From NCBI GenBank assembly GCA_023645945.1, contig JALAIB010000040.1:1-42862 (forward strand): DNA of 42,862 bases. Direction: 5' to 3'. Position 1 is the first letter of the stretch. Every line of letters begins with the position of its first letter. The DNA comes from Diploschistes diacapsis (taxonomy: Eukaryota). Below, in pieces: positions 32,959 through 42,862 of the stretch. The translations under genes were made by a program, and so were the position numbers. The notes beneath the pieces are model-generated. The model was given only the letters and a program-made list of their open reading frames with translations. It was not told the DNA's origin and did not search any database.

Positions 32959-35900
32959 ATGGGCCTTCCCATCCCACGGACCTCGTTCACCCCCACTACC
33001 CTCATCTCGGACACATCGAGCCAGCAGACTTTCACCCCAGATTATACTCCCTCATCCACGTCGAGTCGGGAGCGCTGCGGCGCCGCTCAAGAGAGTTCAA
33101 GGGCAATGGACAGCATCAAGGTCGAGAACGGCGTTGCCGACAAGGAACAGCCTACAAATCCCGGGCAGGAGAAGGAAGTCAAAATCGAGAGCAAGGAGGA
33201 GCATAAGAGCCAGTCCAGCGGAGGCAAAAAGAAAAACAAGTGCACACGGCACCACAAACACAAGAGCTGTAAGAAAATAAAGAAGGCGAAGAAATGCAAG
33301 AAAGAAAAGGGGGATTCGGACAACGAGAGCAGCTCTTCCCCGTCATCCTCAAGCGACTCCAATAGTGGAGACAGCGGGGAAAGCTCTGTATCCTCGTCTT
33401 CCTCCTCTTCGTCAGATGATGACCGTGCTGCTCGACGCCGCCGAAAAGTCAAGAAGCAAAAGGAGCAGCAAAAGAAGAAGAGTAAGCGGCGCTGCCAGCC
33501 TGACCCTTCCAGTTCAGAAGACGAAGAGAACGAGACCGATACAAGCTCAGGGGAAGAGGAAATACGGCGCACTAAGAAGAGGGGCTCCAAAAGGACCAAT
33601 AAAAGGTCGTGCCGTAACGTCGAGGAGAGCGACAACTCCGAGGCTGCCATGGATGAGACAGACGAGGCGCAGAATACTACAGCACGGCTTAAAGCGCTAC
33701 AACTCCGGAATGCGAGGCTGCAGAAACAGATTGGCCGTGACGGTGGTGCGGGAGGCCTCCGCATGAAGACGAGGAAGACCAAGGGGAAGCACGGTAGGAA
33801 GGGAAGTAGCTTGTCAGGGAAGCCACAGTACTTCAGGGGCGACGAGTTGTGGGATCGAGAGATTCATGACTACCGTCTCACACCCACGTCGGAGCGAGTA
33901 GACGAGGAAGACTATGGAGAATATATCTTTCATGTGCGGAGGAGGTTCGATTGGGAAGGAAAGTATACGGATGTGAGTGCATCCAGTACGGAGGTTGAAG
34001 CAGGAGCTAATCCTGTATAGACTGTTCTCGACATTAAGAGCAAAACGCTGAGTGTTTGTCTGAAGGAGGTCATGGCTTCTTGCAAGTGAGTGCTAGCCCT
34101 TGCCTAAATTCCGCAGTTGCTAACCTTGACATAGGCTGGTCTCGCTGGCTGAGGACACACCTACGCTCGACCCGAACCAGCTGTTCTTGTATCTGGAGGA
34201 GATACAGTCCTACCGAAAGGAGTTGAAAGGAAAGCTCAAAAATAAGAAGATGAAGAAGAAAGCCAAGAAAAGTCTGAAAGATCAGATTGCCCATCTTAAA
34301 TGCTTACTCAAATATCTAAATAAGGACTTCGCTACGACCAAAAAAACCCTCCACTCCATGCTTGAAGCTGGCAACATCACCTTCGACCTACTGTGGACCC
34401 TTTTTCGGAGCGACACTATCTGCTATACATCGACATATACCGCCCACGACGAGCCTCGCGCGTTCAAAGTCGAATACGCCACTAAGGAAAGCAGCTTTGT
34501 CAAAGGTACCTGGATGAAGATCGAAGGCCGCTACATGGACTTCGACGGCAAGACTTTCGGCCTTGGCTCGTTGGACATCGAAGTCGCATCCTTCAAAGGA
34601 CCCCGCAAGATTAATTCCCTGCCGTGCTACCCATTGAAATACCACAAAAACCCCGAAGCACTCAAGGCTAGGCTTGTTGCTCGAGGCAGGAAGTTCACTG
34701 AGCTAGCTGGCATGCAGTACAAGTTCCACAAGGGCATCAGCTTTACCAAGCGCAAGCGCCAGGTCATCAAGGTCACCACCAATGGCAGGGTGATGATCGA
34801 TCCCGCTACTTTCCGTAGAGTGAACCCCAACTATCCCATCTCCACCGTCAAGCCCCCAGACCCAGAGATGACAGCCGCTCTGGTAGTTGGTGGCGAGGCC
34901 AGCGACTCTGAGGAGGGCGGCTGCTGCTGCGATGAGTCTGATGAGGATGATACTGGGCATGATCACACGTTTGGCGACGCCAACGCCGAGCCGCGCAAGG
35001 AGGATCGCCTCATTGTCGACAAGCAGGGCTTAGCGCACCACGTTACCGTCGAGCTTGACGAACATGGTATGGAAATCAAGAAGGAGAACATGGAGAAGAT
35101 GGCCGGAGGCTCCGAGAAGATGCGCGAGTTTACGGACGAAGAATTGCTCATCTCCTCGCCAGTCATTCTAGGCTTTGCCTTCTCTGAGAAGCTCTGGCTC
35201 GAGTTCACGGTCTCTGGGATCCACGATATCGAATGGAACGACGGCGCGTTCGAGTCCTTGGTGCTTCCAGAGAAGCAGAAGAGTATCGTAAAAGCCCTGG
35301 TCCAGAGCCACACCTCCGAAGCCGCAGAAAGGAAGAACATCGACGACGTCATACAGGGCAAGGGCCGGGGTCTTGTCGCTGTCTTGCACGGAACGCCAGG
35401 GGTGGGTAAGACGCTCACAGCGGAGTCCATCGCAGAGTTGCTGAAATGCCCGCTCTACTGCGTCAGTGCAGGGGAGCTGGGTACCAGTCCGAGAGAGCTA
35501 GAGCAGGAGCTGCAGAAGATCCTGGACCTGGCGCACTCGTGGGGCGCGGTGCTGCTGCTCGACGAGGCGGACGTGTTCCTCGAAGCGCGGACGGCGCAGG
35601 ATATACATAGGAACGCGCTGGTGTCGATCTTTTTGCGGCTGCTGGAGTATTTCCAGGGGATACTGTTCCTTACAACGAACCGCGTGGCGACGTTTGATGA
35701 CGCGTTTCAGAGTCGGATTCATATTGCTCTGAGGGTAAGCGCTCTTTTCCCTTCAATGGCGTACTTCTCGTAGTTCTTGTTCGTTTGAGATTTGGGAGGA
35801 AGCTGCTAACGTGCGCTACCAAAAGTACCAAGAGCTCGACTACAAAGCCCGCCGTGCCATCTTCACCATGTTCCTCAACCGCGTCGCCTCTCTGCGGCAT

Positions 35901-36344
35901 AGCCCCAACAACCCATCCGCCGCCACCAATACCACGACAACGACACCACCATCGGCGTCGCCCCTTGCCACTTCCTCTCCCTCGTCCTCCTCCACCGCCG
36001 AAACCACCTCCGCCACTCAGCCCCCCCTGACATCAATAACACCATCAGCACGAAAAACAGCATCGATGACAAAAACAACCTCTCCACCCTCCTCCACCAC
36101 AGCAGCAACAACGACCCAAGTCCCCAATTTCACCGACACCGACCTCGACCACCTTGCCCGCCACGCGAACCTCAACGGGCGGCAGATCAAGAACGCGGTG
36201 AGGTCGGCGCAGGCGCTCGCCGTGCACGCTGGTGAAGTGCTGGGCATAGCGCATCTGCTGCAGGTGCTGGACGTGGCGGAGAGCTTTGAGCGAGACCTCA
36301 AGGGGGGGTCTGGGTACAGTGATGCTATGAGGAGTTATATGTAG
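32959..36344 (+). CDS. Fungal AAA+ ATPase with a long K/S/E-rich low-complexity N-terminus
   Basis: Exons 32959 (or ATG 33106)-33972, 34021-34085, 34135-35734 and 35826-36344. Walker A LHGTPGVGKTLTAE, Walker B LLLDEADVFL, sensor LTTNR, FDDAFQSRIH, and lid LNGRQIKNAVRSAQALA. Confidence 0.9.
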
Positions 36345-39021
36345 AGGGAGGTAGTTTGTGGGAGGGGAGAAGAAGAGGAGAGGAGAGGAGAGGGGGTGAA
36401 AGGGAAAGGGAAAGGGAAAGAGAGCCGCGCTTGTCATGCGTGCGTGTCACTAAGGCATATTCTACGATTTATGCGGTCATTTACTCAAAGGGGGGGCTTT
36501 GTTTGGTGTTGTACATGCCTACCCTTACTTACCCTTAAGAAGCTTCAGGAAGGGGCACAATGTGTTCGTGGAAGTCTGTATGCATGGTGCGCTGGACGGT
36601 ACCAGCAGTGACTGCTTGGAGAAGTTTGAAAATATTTAGATACAGATTCATTTAGTTGAATTGAGTTCATTTAGATCCGGCTTGAAGTGAAACATGTCTA
36701 ATCAATAACGATGAGTGTTCTACAACGCTTATTATCGACTATTACGAAGCCATGATGGTTGTTGATATTTGAATATTTGCGTAGGTTGGTTGGTTGGTAG
36801 GTACAGGTAGTAGTAGTAGTAAGGGTATGTCTTATTCTGCCTACTGTAAAATTGTGTAACATATTTAGTGGCGCCTTAGTGTGTATTCTACCTAGTTTAC
36901 TGGTGCTTTATGAAATACTTAGATATCCATATAATTTGCATATACATATATATTACTTATAAAAATACGTAAAATTATATAAAATTAAAAATAAAATAAA
37001 TAAAATTTAATGATTATTATGGCCATAAAGATTATAACGTAATAAGAAATAGATATTAAAGCACTAAAAGATGTTTAAAATGTTTTAAAAATAACTTAAA
37101 AACATATTCTTAAATCTTTTATAATTTTTCTTATACCGTGTTCTTCTTCCGTCCATTATATTCGCCTTTTCCGCCCATTATGCTCCCTTCCGCCGTTTAT
37201 TATACTCCTTTCCGCTCCTTTTCCATCTCCGCGTCCGGTCGTAGTGATCAATGGCCATAAAATTTACCCGTAGCGCGTAAGAAATTGCTTATAAGGGTAT
37301 TTAATACTTCTAAACGTCCGATTAAACGTCTAGAAATTGTTCACATAAGGTTAAAACGCGTTAAAATCGGTCACGGTCATCCGAAGGATGTCCGCGACGG
37401 CAAAGAAACGCGTCCTCCACGCCGGGAAATCCGCAGAGAAACTATAAAACCTCCCCGTAACAGGTAGCGGCGGCAAGGGTATCCGGGCCCGCGCAGGCTC
37501 GGCGAGAGCGGCGAGGGCAGGCGAGCCAGGGGCGGCGAGGCAGCAGGCGTCGGGGCGGGCGAGGGGGCAACACCACGACCCAGAGCGGCGGAAAGGGCGT
37601 CGTAGAGCATGAAATCTTCAAGACCTAACTCATCGTTGTCGGCGGCAACGTGGCCGCGGCGGAGGCAGGGAGGGCTACAGAACGCGCAGGGCGAGCAAAC
37701 AACGAGACCTCTATCGGATTTAAAAAAAATTTAGAATATTAAGATCAAAAATAATAAAAAATAAATAAATATAACTAAAAAGAGCGTTAATTTTATAAAT
37801 ACTTATAACTACATACAAATTAGTATAACTAAAAAAGTATCTTAAGAACCATAATATTTATCATATAATTTATATGTATAGTAAATAGAATAAGACTTGC
37901 CTAAAGAACTGGGATCAATATAGGACGCGCAAATCTTTCTAAAGGAACGCGGATACGGAACATTCAATCCACACAAAAAGAGGCTTACAAGTATGGCTTC
38001 AAGTATCAAGAGACTTTAGTGAACTATGAAACAGCCATAAAGTTTTATAATAAAATAGATAGCTAGATACGCAAATTCACGGCGTGTAACTGCTGACACT
38101 AGATTCAAAAATCTTGGGATCAAGATACACAAAGTGAGGCAAGGTATCCAATTCTACTCATTAAATGGGCCTTATATCGATTTTATGAATCTCTTCACTT
38201 ATACAGATGGCATTCTATATTTAAAGAGGTCCAGGGACGCACCTTAAGACGAAAATAAAAATGAAGAAACGAATAGAAATAATAAGAAGACGATAGGGCG
38301 GACGAAAATGAGAGGACTACATACCTATTTTATCTTAGTTACAGCGGGCAGCCCCTTTTCCACAACGGCAAATCTGTTATAAAAGGCTTCGCCTATTGTC
38401 GGTATTTCAGGTGCAGTGATAAGATACTTCATATTACGCATATTTCGAGCAAAGCGCTATCATGATATTAAATATACACATATTATTCATCGATTCTTAA
38501 TAAGACTTTTTATAAAACCGGAATGTTTTATTAAATTCATTCCGGAACCTGAAACAAAATTAACTAATCGATCAAATACAAAACGCTGATGAAAAAATAT
38601 AATTTGGTTACTAAAATCTGTCCTGATAAAATATTGAATTCAAATATATATATATATATATCTCAGACAGCTGTGATAGCCCATAATAGAAATATATAGC
38701 CCATAAAATAACAAATAATGATTACTTAAGAAGTGCAAGGCTACAGGCCACCCCTTTGCCCTTTGCTCCCCTGTAAAGAGGTAGGGGGATAATAATAATA
38801 AATCCTCAGACATTATTAAAGGCCGAAACCATAACGGAGATCTTAATACTATCAAACAAACCCTAGCCTTTCTTCAACGATACCCATCAGAAATCTAATC
38901 GGAGATTCTGATAAATACCGTTAACCCATCTTAAATAAACGTAAGAAAAAATTATAAACAAGTAGTAAACCGGGACACGCTAAGTCTGTTTAAATAAACT
39001 TTAATGGTATTATTTCTGCCG

Positions 39022-39822
39022 ATGGATCGCTCCGCTGCCAATAACATAGATAAGACGAGAAATCATTCTAACAACTTTTATTCTATTACGATCTAAATAG
39101 GCGTCTCAACCAATCGACAATTCAGCGATAAGGTCGCTGCTTGCGTCAAGAAAGGGCGTAAACTGGAAGATCTCTTCCTAAACCCAGAGATTATTTCTAA
39201 GACCATCCTCCATACGCCGCTAACCATTACATAATTTATATCTCATTACAAGACCTTCTGTGGAACACTACCAGCTAAAGCACGGCAAATCATCCAAGAT
39301 CTTGGTCGGCAGGTCAACCAGAATCTTAGTCGGCAGCATGCTCAAAGTAAGCGAGGGAAGAGCTATTTATTAAAGATACAACAAGTTAAAGCAACCGACG
39401 TTGGTATTTCAAAGGACTTTACACCGTTTTTTAAATCATGAACGGAGCCGGAAGCTTTCTTTAACCCATATAAAAAACTAAATGCAGATTCAATAATGTC
39501 TTAAATCTACGAGGAATTACGACATATCAGTAAACGCAATATTATTAATTCTATCCGTTAACGAATCTACGCCGTAATTTTTTGCGACTTACGCTGTCTA
39601 ATAAATAAAAATTTTCGATCCTTACTAAGACCCGGAATCAAGAAATCAATCGCACAGATCATTTTCGACTCGTTAATTATCAATAACTCTCTCGAAGAGA
39701 TTATGAGATAGATTGAATTGTATGTGAAGTTTAATCAGAAAATGAAGACCATCGCAGATCACAACGGAAAACTTAGGGCGTTAATAATAATACTATCATA
39801 ACTCTTATCGCTTCGCCAATAA
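39022..39822 (+). pseudogene. RIP-mutated relic ORF of unknown family
   Basis: One frame runs from ATG 39022 for ~265 codons without frameshift. It is interrupted only by isolated stops (39094, 39232, 39439, 39502, 39559, 39709, 39799) explicable as C>T/G>A changes of CAA/CAG/CGA/TGG. Reads as protein-like helical sequence (QFSDKVAACVKKGRKLEDLFLNPEII...). Confidence 0.6.
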
Positions 39823-40578
39823 GTTCTTCATACCTAAGAACGGTTCGCTCGCTTACAGTTTCAAGATAAACGAAAAAACTCAATACCGCCGACTTTAACA
39901 AAACGCTACAACATTTCGATAACATTAAGATTGCTCAAAAAGCGATTGAGACAGATTCCTATAATATCGCAAACCGGATTCATAACGTTATTATATAAAA
40001 GTTCATTTCCAGTATTTACGAAGGTCCTGCTTCTACGCCACAACACGTCCGGTCAGCAATTTAAGAAGGCGTAATATCGGACAAGAACTCAATAAATAAT
40101 AAAGATATGCTCGATAAAGATAAGTCGTCGGTCGACAGCCATCTAAATAATAATAATATCATATCGTTACGCACAAGTCTAGATATTTTAAATTAAAAGT
40201 ATTTATATTAAATCGGCGGGGGATCTAGGGATCCAATAATCTTTAACGAGTCACATAAGTCTTATCGTTCTATATCAGCCTTATCAAACTCTTCGGCTCG
40301 AGACGGCCTAAAGTTTGTATTAATACAGATTTAAATACAAGATTGATAGCCGTCTCGAAATAATGAGATCTTACTTAATATTAAATTTCAAGAATATAGC
40401 TCGATAATTATGACTTAGGTTTTTCTAACTATACTTACGGAAACCGCAATCGAAAAACTTGGAATTAAGTAATCGCAGGATTAAGGAATTCGTAAATAAC
40501 GTATCAACGAAGCTTTTAAAAGTTAAATTAAGAAAAAAAAGTGAATCAAGATAGATCGAGCCAGAACACATTATATCA

Positions 40579-40935
40579 GAAGTTTTAAACCTTACAGTCA
40601 TTCTATAATCTATATATCCAACAGTCTGAAAATCTTTAAACGCCGTAATTATTACGAAATCCGTATATCGTGCAGCATAAAAGCTTTTAAGTACCATAAC
40701 GATTTCAGAATCCGTACATCGTGTAGAATAAGAGCTTTGAAGTACAACAATTATTCCAGAATACGGATCTCTTACAACCAGAAAGCTTTCAGGTTTTACA
40801 ACGATTCTAGAACCCTTATATCCCGTAACCCGAAAGCTTTTAAGCATAATAGTCATTTTAGAAATCGTACGTTCCGCAGTCTGAAACCTTATAAATATCA
40901 TAATTATTATAAAACGCGTTTATCGCTCGATATAA
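40579..40935 (+). repeat. Degenerate tandem repeat, 7 x 51 bp (17 codons)
   Basis: Units start at 40579, 40630, 40681, 40732, 40783, 40834 and 40885, with recurring AAGCTTTTAAG...ATT...GAA. No indels between units. Confidence 0.8.
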
Positions 40936-42862
40936 TTAAACTTAAGCATTATAAAAACATAAAAATGTACATCGTTCGCAGGGAGGACACTATGGTGCAC
41001 CGTTGAACCCCTATTATAAGCCAGTTATTATATATAATACAGATCGAACTGTGGTAAATCCCTATAGATGAACCTTTTATAAGATTAATAGATATGTTAT
41101 ACCTCCTTCTTGTCTATCAAAGGTCTGCGAATCATCCTTAGACAAATTCAGGTCCTAATCTTGCTCGAAGATTATAGATTGACGAAGATCCTGCCGAAGA
41201 AGACCGTTAAATTAAATTAAACGATTGAACGTAATGATTATTATAATAATATCAGGGTAGAACCGTTCGATATATCCTGGTTTTATAATCGTTGTGAGGT
41301 AACAGACTAACTTCGCAACGAGAATTTTCGTAGGATTAATTAACGTTACTACTATACCATGTTTTTATGTAACTTATTGTCGATTTGATAGCGACTACTA
41401 TAATTAACGATATCCTTCCCGCCCGTAATAAATCACATACGTTAAACCATTAGTTTTTAACGTCGTTTATATTAGTCATAGCTTCTTCCGAAACCCGTAA
41501 ATACTTAAAAAGAATATCTTAAAACTCTTATACTGAACCAGCCTCCTATTCTAGCTATTCAAGAATTCTTTTAGCGCATACCTTCGTTATAGCTTAAACG
41601 GACATAGGTTCATAAAAAGCTCGCAGACGTCAGATTAACGCAGAATTAAATAATCGGTTTATTATGCGCGCTCCGAATATAGAAAGTTTAGCCGGCTAAT
41701 AAGCTTTTTAACACCACGACTATATATTCTTAAAAACGATCATACAACGTAAATTTTAAGCGTTGCGAGCTATCGGAACAGTAGCTGAAATCGATATTAA
41801 TAACATTTGATCTACGGGGCCGAAAGTAGAAACGACATTTTTTAAAGCACAAAAATACGGTCATGTGATTTAACAATCTTATCAAATTTTTTCAGCCATC
41901 CCAGTTTCCAGGATTCTAACACCTCTCGAACAGAACTCAAATTCTATCGATAAGACTCGTGAAATAGATTCCAATAAATAAAAAAGATGAATTAAGGAAG
42001 TTTACTATTGCTACCTCGTAAACATATATAATGACGAATACAATCGAGTCGGTCTAAGATTTATTATTAACGAGTACATACATATTCAAGAGCAATCCTC
42101 TTCTTTACTTTATCCTACAAAATTCAGCGAGACCTATTACTTGTTCTAAATCTTCTATCGACTTAACTAAACTTTATTAAATCAGACGTTAACTTCCTTT
42201 CCCATAAAGAAACGAATCCTCCTAACACGATTATAAATAACGAACTCCCTTAAAAACGCTTATCATTTATTTCTTACAAACCCGAGATCTCGGCTTATAT
42301 TTCCTGTTATTTACCATAAATTCAAACACCTATTTAATAATACCGCCTATTCGGCCTATATAAATTAGCTTTATTGAGTCACGTAAACCCTCCTACTGAG
42401 CTTCGGACATTAGAATGACCGCATAAACTATATCTTTATTAAATATAAAAATATTTTTTCTATAGAACGTGAACATTTTAAACCCTTTACTCTTTAAAAG
42501 AAATCGCGTGCCATTGATTTTTAAGGAATTATTCACCATTTTATCCTCTATTACGAACCCGCGGATAAAACCTTAAAAACGCCTTCGGACGCTTCTAATT
42601 TTCCAAGGATCTCGCTTCGTCCGGAACTAGCCCTTCAGCTGCATGGAGCAGGAGAATAGCAAGCTTAGAAAGATAGCGGCGAGAAGGAGGATAGAAGCAG
42701 CGAATCTACGGTTTATTCTATACAAAATCTTTCGCATGCGAAAGACTTTATATAGGGATAACAAGTCAATTAAAAATAACGTTTCCGTTCGCCATTCTTT
42801 TCCCGCTTTTGATTTATAATTCAATAACACTATTCATTACATCCGAAAGATTAAATATAAGC

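Larger units (their letters stand above)
36930..42862. mobile_element. AT-rich, RIP-degraded repeat block; element class not identifiable; runs off the window
   Basis: Abrupt rise in AT content after ~36.9 kb. By eye, TpA is abundant, CpA/TpG is depleted and CpG is retained. No intact long ORFs; relic frames are broken by TAA/TAG/TGA. No transposase, RT or integrase motif was recognised. Confidence 0.6.

Noticed and set aside
33087..35430. Minus-strand ORFs 33087-33782 and 34963-35430
   Set aside because: Antisense shadows of the AAA+ ATPase.
40579..40935. Regularly spaced repeats as a CRISPR-like array, and the minus-strand ORF 40425-40901
   Set aside because: Eukaryotic context; the units are contiguous and degenerate along their whole length with no repeat/spacer alternation. 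The minus ORF has no recognisable features and the stop pattern favours a RIP-hit + frame.

Overview
Eukaryotic nuclear DNA from a filamentous ascomycete (Pezizomycotina), judged from short GT-AG introns with CTAAC/CTGAC-type branch sites and a RIP-like AT-rich block. Genes, left to right: a degenerate Cys-rich/SAP-like region (~1-2.6 kb), CWC24, an Hst3/Hst4-type sirtuin, an Egt2/LolT-like PLP lyase, a Baeyer-Villiger monooxygenase pseudogene, an atypical (HSPA12-like) Hsp70 head-to-head with a coiled-coil gene that has a GrpE-like tail, SEC62, eIF5B (FUN12), a PH-domain protein, a conserved hypothetical protein, a CDF metal transporter, a tRNA-Gly(GCC) gene and a fungal AAA+ ATPase. From ~36.9 kb to the end lies an AT-rich, RIP-degraded block containing relic ORFs and a 7 x 51-bp repeat. 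The standout is the tRNA-Gly(GCC) gene at 31808-31955. Besides a normal 24-nt anticodon-loop intron, it carries a 53-nt D-loop insertion with all the signals of a spliceosomal (U2-type) intron: GTCCGT...TACTAAC...TAG. Removing both introns gives a 71-nt cloverleaf with perfectly paired acceptor, anticodon and T stems. All gene models and family calls were made by eye, without database searches.
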